Notes under the pieces: model-generated | What the model was told of the DNA's origin: nothing | Seen by the model: only the letters and a program-made list of their open reading frames with translations | Database searches by the model: none | Shown here: in pieces, positions 12,455 through 24,700 of the stretch | How positions within the stretch are numbered: position 1 is the first letter of the stretch | Layout: each line of letters starts with the position of its first letter | Program-made: the position numbers and the translations under genes | Assembly: GCA_009914755.4 (NCBI GenBank) | Contig: CP068257.2 | Coordinates: forward strand, 24,576,001 to 24,640,000 | Reading direction: 5' to 3' | Origin: the human T2T-CHM13v2.0 reference genome, Homo sapiens | Length of the DNA stretch: 64,000 bases

Positions 12455-12730
12455 TTACGCTGAGATAGGTAACAGCTGAGGAAGAAATTTGGGCTTGACT
12501 GAAGTAATGGGGGCTGTCTGTGAAGCTTGCAGCAGTACAGCCCAGGTAATTTGCTGAGCCTGATGGGTGTCAGGGTCAGTCCAAGTGAAAGCGAAGAGAG
12601 GCTGGGATGAAGGGTGCAAAGGAATAGTAAAGAAAGCATGTTTGAGATCTAGAACAGAATAATGGGTTGTGGAGGGAGGTATTGAGGATAGGAGAGTATA
12701 TGGGTTTGGCACCATAGGGTGGATAGGCAA
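12455..12730 (-). pseudogene. HERV-H pol remnant: reverse transcriptase N-terminal motifs, frame-shifted
   Basis: Translation YSVLDLKHAFFTIPLHPSSQPLFAFTWTDPDTHQAQQITWAVLLQ matches the gammaretroviral RT block VLDLKDAFF.LRLHP.SQPLFAFEW.DP....QLTWTRLPQGF. The overlapping ORF 12334-12639 in another frame indicates frameshifts. Confidence 0.7.
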
Positions 12731-13112
12731 AATAATTTGGTTGATAAGGTGCAGATCCTGAACTAACCTGTAAGGCTTGTCTGGTTCTAGGACAGGTAAA
12801 ATGGAGGAATTGTAAGGAGAGTTTATAGGCTTTAAAAGGCCATGCTGTAACAGGTGAGTGATAACAGGCTTTAATCCTTTTAAAGCGTGCTGTGGGATGG
12901 GATATTGGTACTGAGCGGGGTAAGGGTGATTAGGTTTTAATGAGATGGTAAGGGGTGGATTATAGGTCGCTAAGGAGGGAGTAGAGGTATCTTATACTTG
13001 TGGGTTAAGGTGGGGAGATATAAGGGGAGGATGTGAAGGAGGCTTTGAACTGGGGGAAAAGGTGGCAATGAGGTGTGTCTGTAGCCCAGGAATAGTCAGG
13101 GAAGCAGATAAT

Positions 13113-13346
13113 TTAGTTAAAATATCTCGGCCTAATAAGGGAACTGGGCAGGTGGGGATAACTAAAAGGATTGCTTAAAAGAGTATTGTCTAAGTTGGCA
13201 CCAGAGCTGGGGAGTTTTAAGAGGTTTAGAAACCTGGCTGTCAATACAACAGTTATGGAGGCAAGGGAAACAGGCCTTTGAAAAGAAGGTAATGTGGAGT
13301 GGGTAGCCTCCGTATTGATTAAGAAGGGGATGGACTTACCTTCCAC
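13113..13346 (-). pseudogene. HERV-H protease remnant (degenerate)
   Basis: Translation ...IPFLINTEATHSTL... resembles the aspartic protease active-site block LLDTGA.HSVL, with D>N and G>E substitutions. It lies between the gag and RT remnants. Confidence 0.45.
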
Positions 13347-14007
13347 TGTGAGAGTTACCTAGAGCGTCTGTGATGGTCTTGTAGGCTTCTGAGGCAATCC
13401 GGCAGTATCAGTCTTCAGCTGCTAAGCTGAGAAGATCTGGGAAGGAGTCAGAGAGCCTTGGGCCAGAGTTCCAGGGGCTCTGGAAGTGGCTGCCAGGTGA
13501 GTTGAACAGTCCGATTTTCAGTGGGGTCCTGCACAGATGGGACACAGCTTAGGAGGAATCTTGGGCTGTGGGCATTCCTTGGCCCAGTGGCCAGATTTCC
13601 AGAGCTTGTAGCAAGCTCCTGGGGGAGGCAGGCCTGGAGGAATGCCTGGCCACTGAGGTTTAGGCGTTTAGAAGTTCTTGTGTGCTGGAGATGTGGCTGG
13701 GGTTTGTCTCATAGTGGAGGCAAGGAATTGCAACTCAGAAATATGTTGCTACTTGGCTGCCTCTACTCTATTATTGTACACCTTGAAGGCGAGGTTAATT
13801 AAGTCCTGTTGTGGAGTTTGAGGGCCGGAATTTAATTTTTGGAGTTTTATTTAATGTCGGGAGGAGATTGGGTAATAAAATGTATATTGAGAATAAGACG
13901 GCCTTTTGACCTTTCAGGGTCTAGGGCTGTAAAGCATCTCAGGGTTGCTGCCAAACGAGCCATGAACTGGGCTGGGTTTTTATATTTGATGAAAAAGAGC
14001 CTAAACG

Positions 14008-14277
14008 CTATCTGATTTGGGATAAAGAAAAAGGAGCATTAACCTTGACTATGCCTTTAGCTCTAGCCACCTTTTTAAGAGGAAATTGCTGGGCAGGTGG
14101 GGGAAGGCTAGTCACAGAATGAAACTGGAAGCCAGACCAGGTGTGAGGAGGGGAGGTGATAAAAGGATTATAGGGTGGAGGAGCAGAGGCTGAGGAAGAA
14201 TTGGGACTTAGCCTGGCGAGGAGGGGAGAAGTCAGATGAGTCTGTAGAAAAGGACTATTAGAAAGACTCAGTGACAC
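14008..14277 (-). pseudogene. HERV-H gag remnant carrying a PPPY late-domain motif
   Basis: The translation contains ...SSASAPPPYNPFITSPP... The PPPY L-domain is characteristic of gammaretroviral Gag (MA/p12 region). It sits 3' of the primer-binding site on the element strand. Confidence 0.6.
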
Positions 14278-15168
14278 CTGGGGTTGGGACTGAGGGGACA
14301 GGCAGGAGGGAAAGAAGGAAGATTTGGGACTAGTTGCATTGGGAACAGAGACTAAGGAGGGATTGATGTGTAAAAGAATGGCTGGACGTCAGGCACCTCA
14401 GACCGTTTGCCTATTTTATGACAAGAATTATTTAGATCTTGTAGGATGGAAAAATTGAAAGTGCCATTTTCTGGCTATTTGGAACTACCGTCGAATTTGT
14501 ATTGGGGTCAAGCAGCATTGCAGAAGAAAATAAGACGCTTAGATTTTAGGTCAGGCGAGAGTTGAAGAGGTTTTAAGTTCTTAAGAACACAGACTAAGGG
14601 AGAAGAAGGAGGAATGGAGGGTGGAATGTTGCCTATAGTGAAGGAGGCAAGTTTAAAGAGAAGGGTAGAGACGTGGAGTAGGGGATGGGGAGCAGCCAAA
14701 GCAGGCATCCCCGCAATTGACTTGCCACCAAGGGAACGTGGGTGAATGACCAAGGCAGGTGTCCCTGCGGAGATCAGACACCAATGGAATGTGGGTGAAT
14801 AATCAGAGAGGCATCCTTGCAATGATTAAACACCAAGGGAAGGCTGCCTTCCCGAGTCCATGACCGGCACCGGAGTTTTGGGTCCGTGGATAAAATGTGT
14901 CTCCTTTGTCTCTACCAGAAAGTGAAAGGAATTGAAATTAAGAGAAGGGAGAGATTGAAGTGTGGTGCCAAGATTGAAAGGAGAAAGAGGTTGAGAGATA
15001 GTGAGGGAGGTTGGAGAAGAGAGTAAAAAGAGGCTGCTTACCGGATTTGAAATTGGTGAGATGTTCCTTGGGCTGGTGGGTCTGAGGACCCGAGGTCATA
15101 GGTGGATCTTTTTCACGGAGCAAAGAGCAGGAGGACAGGGGATTGATCTCCCAAGGGAGGTCCCCCAC

Positions 15169-15185
15169 TCCGAGTCACGGCACCA
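15169..15185 (-). other. Primer-binding site complementary to the tRNA-His 3' end (minus strand TGGTGCCGTGACTCGGA)
   Basis: The plus strand reads tccgagtcacggcacca, a few nucleotides inside the right LTR boundary. HERV-H is named for its histidine-tRNA primer-binding site. Confidence 0.7.
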
Positions 15186-15193
15186 ACACCAAA

Positions 15194-15599
15194 TTTCACT
15201 CGTGTCCATGTGAAGAGACCACCAAACAGGCTTTGTGTGAGCAATAAAGCTGTTTATTTCACCTGGGTGCAGGCGGGCTGAGTCCGAAAAGAGAGTCAGC
15301 GAAGGGAGATAGGAGTGGGGCCGTTTTATAGGAGTTGGGTAGGTAAAGGAAAAAGGGGGGTTGTTCTCTGGTGGGCAGGAGTGGGGGGGTCACAAGGTGC
15401 TCAGCAGGGGAGCTTTTGAGCCAGGATGAGCCAGGAGAAGGAATTTCACAAGACAATGTCATCAGTTAAGGCAGGAACAAGCCATTTTCATTTCTTTTGT
15501 GGTGGAATGTCATCAGTTAAGGCAGGAACCAGCTATCTGGATGTGTATGTGCAAGTCACAGGGGATATGATGGCTTAGCTTAGGCTCAGAGGCCTGACA
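15194..15599 (-). mobile_element. HERV-H LTR7-like LTR (the provirus's 5' LTR and promoter)
   Basis: Near-identical to 9993-10397. It ends ...ggctcagaggcctgaca on the plus strand, which is tgtcaggcctctgagcc in reverse complement. The flanking CCACC at 15600-15604 matches the CCACC at 9988-9992 as a target-site duplication. Confidence 0.85.
15324..15331 (-). promoter_or_regulatory. TATA-like box (tataaaac on the minus strand) in the HERV-H 5' LTR U3
   Basis: The plus strand reads ccgttttatagg. The LTR7 consensus has ctataaaacggcc upstream of the R region. Confidence 0.4.
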
Positions 15600-18500
15600 C
15601 CACCCAAAGTGTTTTATGCAGTGAATAAAATCAAAATAATGCATCTTAATAAATTCCAGCTGTTAAAAGAACAAACTTAGCAATATATAACAGTTTGCTA
15701 CGCAGGATTTTTGACTATTCACTTTGGGAGTTATTTTTTAAAATCCACTTTTTTTTACTGAGTCTTACTACATATCAGGCACTGGACTTGGCCATCTAGG
15801 TAACTAAGAAAAAGTTGGTTAAGATAGGAAAGACCCATAAATCAATCCTTTGATTACCAAATGCAATTTTTAACTTTCAAACATCCCCAAGATCAAGAAA
15901 CCCTAACTAAAAATACACACCCTTCTAAGTGTTATTTGATTTTATTAGTAGCAAGGGTGTTTGGTAAGGTCGTGAACCTCTATTTTTGATCCATTATTCC
16001 AATTAAAAGCATGCGTCAAAAGCTAATTTGTTATTTTTCTAATGTGTTTAAGATTTGGCATTCAGTTTTTACACATGTGGTTCAGTGATTTATCATGAAC
16101 CCTAAACTGCACACTGCTCAAAAACAGCAACACAGATGTGCGTTACATGAAATAATGGTTTTTGATACATATCTTCAAATTCAATTCAGTTTAGGGTCCA
16201 GTGAAGAAAAAGATATCCAGTTATCGGGTGGTAAAGAGCAGAGGAGGTAAACTAGTTAAGATTATTAATATGCAGTGAAGTGTTATTGTCTATCTTATCC
16301 TTTGAGTAACAAGATGCTAACACGCTTTCAAGAAAAAACTGCTTAAAACTATGCTAAAGGCCCATGCATTGACATCATCCATTCAACACCGTTACTTTGT
16401 TACATAAAACGGTTTTCTTAAGGTGTAACATATTAGGCAATAATTTGGAAATTAGCCAAGCACTAAGCAATTATAATAGCAGGTAATACACCATCAATTT
16501 TTGAAACACATTTGGCCACATTTCACAATCCATCTGCAGTATGGATTCTATAGACTCTCACTCAGTTTAAAATTTGTTTCTGGACCTGAATGACAGGAGA
16601 ATGGCTTTATGAAATTTTCTCATAAGACATTTAAGTAGTCTTAGGTTCACAACCCTTTTGTTGTAAATGATTTAATCTGACATGCCATATAACTACAATA
16701 CAAATAATTATGTTCAATTCTTAAATGAAAACTAAATGCCAATAAATGGTAACAGATTTGACATGGAATGTTCTAAGATCTTCCTCTACATAATCTGCCA
16801 TGGCAGATTATGAATTTCAGAGCTTGAAAACTTCAGATTAAGAACCACAAGAAAATTTACTCTTGATGGCATACAAGATCTTCCTAAAAATTAACCTAAG
16901 ACCTAGAAGTCTCAGTATTATTAGAACATAAAGAAACGCAACAAATCTGTATATTTTATTCACATATATTTTTGTTTTTAGTGTGCTCACAGAAAATTAG
17001 AACACCTTAAGTAGGAGTTTAATAGCAATTTTTGTAAGCAAAGTTACATTCCATCTCTAAGTCAAATTGGTCGACGCTTCTCCAGCATTTACAAAACATG
17101 ATAGACAAGATGCTACACAAAACCATTGCATCTGAAGATTTTTTTTTTCCTTTATTCTCAAAGATGACTGGAAAAGAAAGCATTATCTGCTGTAATCAAA
17201 AACATACCACAGTATAAACAGTAACCATTCCGCTTATCACAGCTTGGTTGAGTTTAAAATTTGTGTTTAAAAGGTCCAAGATGACTGCAGTTTTACAAAA
17301 ATGGGCAGGGTGGAAAGTCGCAAACTTCATGTGCTTCTGGATATCAAGATTTGTTTTTATACAATAGTCACAGTTAAAAACACCCTGCTGGTAATACATA
17401 ATTACACTTTATTAAGGTCATAAACCAGCAATAAACAATACAGCCTATATAACTTGTAGTTCTACTTAATCACTGACTGGTACACCTAACATGAGATAAG
17501 TGAAAAGTTCCTATGGTTTAAATGAACTCCTAAGACTATGATCATTTTTTTTTTTTAAATATGGGTATTGGTGTTTTTTCTTTTTTCCTCTTTCCTTCTT
17601 AGTCAAGACTTGTAGTGTTGTAAACCTGCCTCACAAAATACATGGTAATAACTTTTCTTAAAAAAAAAGACAGCCTTTACACCATTTCTAGTGGCACATT
17701 ATTTTGGCAATGTTATGTACCACTTCCATTTCCCCATTGTGACCCCTATCACTTCATTTGATATCCCTTTTTGACCCACCCATCTCTTTCATATATGGGC
17801 ATATCCATAGATTGACAAAGGAAGTTTACATTTTTGAATAAAGATGGAGAGTATGCAAAAACATTAATACTGATGCAAAAAAATAAAAAAATAGAAACAA
17901 GGCAGAGGAAGAAGGTGTTTAAGCTCTCCTCGACCTGTTGGAATGGTGGTTAACAGAATGATTTGAGATGGGATCTGTGGGGAGGGGAGAAAAAAAACAA
18001 AATTTTGTGCTTAAAAAAAGTAAAAGATTGATGTCAAATATTTGTACTAAGATTGCGGGTGGCAAGAGTTAGCATCCTGCAGTTAGAAGCAAAATTAGAG
18101 ATTTGGACTGGTCAAGGACAGCATTGATATGTGTGGGGTATGTAAATCACCCAAGCTCTGCAAAAGTACTGAGAATAACTTGTATTTTCCAGACTGAAAA
18201 CCTACCATGATGGGGAGGGATTGAAGTGGGCCCTGGAACAACTCCGGAATACATTACAAGCTTAAGGGGAGAGCAAGGAATTTAGACCATAGAGCTCATC
18301 ATTCATCATTTTATTCCACATAAAATGGGTGTTTCAGCATGTCCAAAAGCATAGATAAGGAAATTGAGCTTCCCAAGAAGTTAAGCCAGTTGTTTGCAGT
18401 TAGAGAAAGCATGTTTTTATGAAGCTGTCCTACCCAGGAGCGGGGAACAGGTCCCTGGGCTCTATGACCATGGAAATCTCTAGATGAGTAAAAGAAAGCT

Positions 18501-20380
18501 TGGCAAAAATTGGGCAGGATCCTCAAACAAAGATTGAGAAAGGCTTTTCTCATCTGTGAATCAGAGTTCTGGGACTTTCCTGAGGATGAGAACAGCTGCA
18601 TGGCTGAAATGCAGCAGCCCAGAGCAAAGAGGGTGCTCCCTGGGGGGTCACAGCTGGTGAAGACTGAAAATCCAGATCCTAAAATTCAACCAGACCTATC
18701 ATACCAGCAGGCCACCACGAAATGACTGCAGGTTTCACTGGAGAGACGAGGTACTTGGCCTGCGAATTGCTTTCTATGTCCTAGACAAGTAATTGCGAGT
18801 AAGCCTTGAGATAGCAATTTGATAGTCTTTGATAGCAATATGACATTGCTACATCCAAGTGTGGGAGTCAGTACACTTATATTGCGCATATCTTGGACAT
18901 TTTAGGTTTCATTTTCATTTCTTTTTACCGTCAAACTGGGGGAAAGATTGGCCCTTCATCCCAGATTGTATTTATGCTCATTTTTGTTTTCACCCCTGCC
19001 CATGCCCACCCACCACACTCCTGTCCATCCTCTCCCTCGCTACTCATATACCCCTGGGAAAAGCTCACTGCATTTAGATCCCAGGTTCTTCTCCCCCAAG
19101 GCACATCGCTTAACATTAATGCTGGGTGCTCACTTGATGGCAATAACATTTCTTTTGAAATTTTCAAGAATATGACTCTTCAAGAAGCAACAACTAGAAA
19201 GAATTAAAAGTTCACATGACTGTCAGAGAAAATATAGCAGAGGCAGTAGCAGTCCTCGCTGAGAAACCCAGGGAGCAACTGGTTGGGCTGAGAAGGTTCG
19301 TGAGGAATCTTTCATGGAGAAAATTATTTTGCCAACAGTTCCTTGATTATTATTTAATCATACAGTTGGCTCTCTTGTGTTCCTTTAAGATCTGTGAGAT
19401 AGGTACAAACAAGATTTTATATTCAATAGCTTATACCTGTAAGCAGTACAGGCTTTTAAAAGATTGGACTTTTAAGGCAAAGGTAATTGGTGTGAAGTAT
19501 TAGCCACTTAATGGAAAATGATAAAATGGTACATGTTTCAATCAGAATTATGAGCTGTGCTCGACGTGGCTGTTTGTAGCTGAAGTTCACTGATTTCTGT
19601 GCAATGATGAATTTCTTTGTGGCAGCTAAACTGCTCAGCCTAGAGTTACACAATCTTCAACGATGACGTTTCCACCCTTTGCTTGGGTCATTGAATGTCT
19701 CAGGAAGAGGCATGAAGAAGAATGAGGAGCTCGACCCACCTGGAGATGGGTAGACATGTTTGCTGAGCTATCAGTGAATTGACGCATCCAAGGATGCTTT
19801 TCTCCCTACAGGAATAATCTCCCGTCATGTCTCAAACTTCTCTCCATCTCACTAGTGAGGATGAATGCTGTCTTCCTCTAGGGTAGTGGAGGACAATCAG
19901 GTCACTGCCAGAAGACAGCTTTTCACACTCTCGCTTTCCTCGAGAGAATGTTAAACTAATTGGAGTGAGGCATGAAAGGATGAAATTTGGCCAAATTGGC
20001 AGGTGTGAACGTCCTTTCTTCACACCAAGTAGAGTCAACTGGGGAAAATGATGGTGCTGTCCTGATGTGAGACTGTTTCTCATAGCACGGTGCTGGCCAC
20101 TGCATGACACTCTCTACCAGCAGAGAAGTGGAGTGCTACTGTGAAAAGAACTGACGGATATGATTTGGTTCTGGGAAGTGAGTTTTGTAACACCATGCTG
20201 GAAACTAACTCATTAGCTGTGATCTTGCAAAAATTCTGGCATTCTGAGATAAAGCAATTTGATCACCAGTATGTCATATAAAGAGGTTTTGGAGTAGCTT
20301 TAAAAGACACAGTAGATCAATATGAAAATGAAATGTATCCATCTAATAAGAATATTCCTCTTGGAGGAGCCAGTAAAAGT

Positions 20381-20455
20381 GTGTGTTCTTGTGCCTGCCT
20401 TTGTGTGTGCAGACACGTGTGCATATGTGTGTATGTGCAGCATACATGTGTGTGG
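20381..20455. repeat. Imperfect (TG)n/(CA)n-rich tract
   Basis: gtgtgttcttgtgcctgcctttgtgtgtgcagacacgtgtgcatatgtgtgtatgtgcagcatacatgtgtgtgg. Confidence 0.6.
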
Positions 20456-21189
20456 TATAAAGAAAGAAAAAAATCTTGTTGCGTAGGAAGAGTTGTGTAG
20501 AGCCTACTAAAAATTATATAGCCAAGGCATGTCTCTTAATTTTGGAACTACTAGGTGTTAAAAAGCAAAGGAAATGAACATCAGAGCAAGTGAAATATGA
20601 GAGCCAGAAAATATCAATGTGAGTTTTGATATCAATAGACCAATGAATTGCCAATGATGCAGAAGAGCTTTATGAGCCTTGGCAGGCAATTAGGTAAGAG
20701 TAGTTTCTTCTGGAGTGGCAATTTGAAGTGGTTATTAACTATATACTGAAATTTGACGGGCTAAAGAACCCAGTTAAAAAGAAAACCATCCATATCGAAT
20801 TGTTCCCTCTACTTTGTTTAAAAAACAAAAAACTTCATGATGAGCTGAAGTAAGAGATTTTTATACCAAACAAAGATGACTAAACTGAAAGTATGAAACC
20901 TTCTATTTTTAGTGAATCCTGACATTCTCTACTGCTAGCATTCCCAGCTTCCAGATAATATGTTCTCCAGTTGGCTGGTTATTGTGCTGTAAATCACGTT
21001 TCACTATATCAGCAAACGATGGCATGAACTTGAAGAGCAAAACAAAATCAGCTTGGAAAAAACTGACATAAAACCTCTAAAGTCTAAAGGTAGTCCCTTC
21101 CCTTAGAAAATGACTGGATTGATTACAATTGCATTGTATTATCAAATATGTGGTTTTATTTTAATTTTGTTTACTTTTTATTTGTTTAC

Positions 21190-21306
21190 TTTTTGAGAGA
21201 TAGGATCTCACTATGTTGCCCAGGTTGGTCTCAAACTCCTGGCCTCAAGTGATTCACCTGCCCTTATCTCCCAAAGTGCTGAGGTTACAGGTGTGAGCCA
21301 TGGCAC
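21190..21306 (-). mobile_element. Free left Alu monomer (FLAM-like) or 3'-truncated Alu, antisense
   Basis: ttgagagataggatctcactatgttgcccaggttggtctcaaactcctggcctcaagtgattcacctgcccttatctcccaaagtgctgaggttacaggtgtgagccatggcac. Only about 117 bp, corresponding to the Alu left arm. Confidence 0.6.
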
Positions 21307-23209
21307 TATTTTTAAAGATTAAAATATATTTAAACAATTAAATTCCAAGTGAAGAAAAACATAGATAAAGTGGAAGGTGATTAAAAAAGCAAGTGTTTGC
21401 TGCACTCTGTTTGCTGTTCTTTTCTCTGTTAGTTGCTGAATCACACTTATGATAAATTACATTTACAATTCATTTGAAAATAAAGCTAAATATCAAGTTT
21501 CGGGATATTAGAAAGTAGAGGCTACAGAGAAGTACTCTTATCTAAATCAGTAGGAAAAGTAGAATTTTTCCCATTGCTATGTGATAACATAGCTTATCAC
21601 TAGCCAATTTCTCACTATCTGCATAAGATTTTGCCAATGGACAGAAATCTGCTTCCTTACTTTCTGTGTCAATCAAAAATAGTATCCTGAGATATTATTT
21701 TGTGTTTCACAGACTAGAAATTTTTAGCAACCTGAGGACATGTGACTTGAAAACATGAGCAGTGCCAAGAATTATATTCTCTTCCAGTTTTCATAGCTAA
21801 AGGGAGTTAGAGTTGAACAATTCCCAGAACAGCACAGAAAGCTAGAAAATATTAAATTTACAGGCTAAGGCTTTGCCATTGAAAGCTGACTATGGAGATT
21901 TTTAGGGTAGGCAGGAAGAACAACACAATCTAGAAGTTTGGGATCTTGCTATATTTCCCCTTCACTAAGACTTTTCTAAGTAAATAGTTAATTAATATCC
22001 CAGGATCTCAATTTCCATATCTGTAAAGTGAAAGATTTGAATGGATAAACTATAAGGTCTCTTTCAAATAAAAAATTTTATCCTTGTATGGCACTCTCCA
22101 TAATTACACACATGTATAATCTAACCCTATGGAACTACACATTAATTTCCCAAGTGTGATATTTATGATCTCTTCTGATGGTTGCATGCCATTTGTTAAC
22201 GTGACTTTGACCTTTCCTGGTCTGTGTGGCAGCTGAGCTACTACTGCTATATCCTGAACCAGGGCTTTGGCTAAGCAGGGATGTCCAAGTGCATTCCTTA
22301 TGACCCAGAGAGGCTCATAATTCCATACAGGAACATTCATGGGACCTTGAAGAATTTATGTTTGTGTTGGTAAATTTCTCTTCATGGCCTCCTTGAGAGC
22401 AATGAAAGAAGTGTATTTTCTGACAGCTCCAACTTCTTACTGCCTGTGTTTGCTCAGCATTATTTCAGTCATAGGTGTCCGGAACCCCAGAAAGTGCAAA
22501 GACATCCTCACAGCTCCATGAATATATGACCAATACTCTTCAGAGGGGACTGAAGATGGATTAGCACTTTGTAGGTAGAGGTTCAAATCCCAATTGCAAC
22601 AGCAGGCTGTGTAACCTTGGGAAATTTGACCTCTCTCCTTTGTAAGTGGGCACAATGGATAACATGAGACCATATTTGTAAATCACCTGATGCGGTATGG
22701 CAGGCTCAAGGAGTGTTGTCTTTGCACTGCCCTTCCATGCTGTGTTTATCCTGTTATGAATAAAATGAATTCAACCTGTTAGACTGTCAGCGCCTTCATA
22801 ACTGGCCTTCCCTTTCGGCTTGAGGCATGCCATCTGCCGTATTTTGCACCAACTTCAAGAACATAATGTACTTACAAAATACTTGTCAGTGTGGACTCTG
22901 AATGAATTTTTATAGCATTAAAAACAAAAACAGACAATCAGAGCAAGGAACAAGAACAAGCCATTTACAACAGAATAAACACAAATGGCTAATCAATATA
23001 TGAAAAATTGGTCCAACTTTATCCTCAGAGATCCACAATTTAAAAAAATAACAGCTTCGAGATAATTTACATACCATATGATTCGCCTATTTAAAGTGTA
23101 TATACTTCAATGGTTTTTAGTATGTTCACAGAGTTGTGCAACCATCATCATTAATTTTAAAACATATTTATTACCCCCATAAAAACTCATACTCATTAGT
23201 GGTCATTCC

Positions 23210-23513
<304 letters not shown>

Positions 23514-24039
23514 TGTGGTCATTCCCTTTTTATCCCTTAATCCTTTCCTTCCCCTTAGGTAACCACTATCTACTTTCTGTCTATAGATTTTCCTGTTCTG
23601 GACATTTCATGTACACAGAATCCTACAATATGTTGTCTTTTGTGATTAGCTAGTTTTGCTTAGCAAATTGTTTCCAAAGTTTATCCATATTCTAGCACAT
23701 TCACTTTATGCCTTTTTAAAAAATTTGGAATTTGTTTTTTTATTTTTTAAATTCATATAAGATATATCTAACATAAAATTTGCTACTTTAACCACTTTAA
23801 AATATGCAGTTCAGTGGCATTAATTATGCTCATAATGTCATGCAACCTTCGCGGCTATTTCCAAAACGTTTTCATCACCCCAAACAGAAACTACAACCAT
23901 TAAGCAATAACTTTCCATTCCTCCTTCTTCCCAGGGGTTGATAACCTCTAATGTCCTTTCTCTCTCTATGTATTTGCCTGTCTTAGATATTTCATATAAG
24001 TGGAATCATACAATATTTATCCTTTTGTATCTGTTTTAT

Positions 24040-24700
24040 TTCACTTAGCATAATGTTCAAGTTTCGACCATGTTGTAGCATGTATCAGAACTTCATTTCT
24101 TATGAATAAATATACCATATTTTGTTTATTCATCTGTTGATGAACACTTGGGTTGTTCCTACCTTTTGGCTACTGTAAATAATGCTGCAATGAACATGGG
24201 AGTGCAGATATACCTTCACCATATTGATTTCAATTTCCTCTGGATATATACCCAGAAGTGGGATTGATGGATCATATTGTAGTTCTATTTTTAGTTTTTT
24301 GAAGAACCTTCATATTATTTTTTATAGTGGCTGTACTAATTTATATTACCACCAACAGTGTATAAGGGTTCCCTTCACTTTGTATCCTTGCCAACACTCA
24401 TCTTTCATCTTTTTGATAGAAGCCATTCTAACAGATGCAAGGTGATATTTCATTGTGATTTTAACTAGCATTTCCTTAATGATCAGTGATGCTTAGCATT
24501 TTTTCATGTATCTATTGGTCATTTGTATGTCTTTTTTTTTTTTTTTTAGAAGTGTCTGTTCAAGTCCTTTGTCCATTTTTAAATCAGGTTGTTTTCCTTT
24601 CATTGAGGTGTTTGAGTTCCCTATATATTTTAGGTATTAACTCCTTATCAGAGATATGGCTTGCAAATATTTTCTCCCATTCTGCAAGATCTACGGCTTC
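24040..24700 (-). mobile_element. Old L1 (L1PB/L1MA-like) ORF2 3'-region fragment, antisense
   Basis: ttcatctgttgatgaacacttgggttgttcctaccttttggctactgtaaataatgctgcaatgaacatgggagtgcagata...ccaccaacagtgtataagggttccc...agcatttccttaatgatcagtgatgcttagcattttttcatgtatctattggtcatttgtatgtctttt is co-linear with the antisense of the L1 ORF2 C-terminal region. Confidence 0.7.

Larger units (their letters stand above)
10398..15193 (-). mobile_element. HERV-H internal region (HERVH-int) on the minus strand: gag-pro-pol remnants, env largely absent
   Basis: Bounded by two co-oriented LTR7-like LTRs. The primer-binding site is adjacent to the right LTR. The minus-strand ORF remnants run in retroviral order: gag with PPPY, a protease active-site-like motif, the RT motif VLDLKHAFFTIPLHP...QPLFAFTW.DP, and the RT connection region. 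The 4.8 kb length is typical of the common deleted HERV-H form. Confidence 0.8.

Noticed and set aside
9993-15599. Reading the two ~405-bp direct repeats 5.2 kb apart as a segmental duplication or a novel repeat-bounded cassette
   Set aside because: They match LTR7 termini (TGTCAGG...), carry TATA and AATAAA, flank a tRNA-His primer-binding site and gag/pro/pol remnants, and share a 5-bp target-site duplication. Together this is a standard HERV-H provirus.
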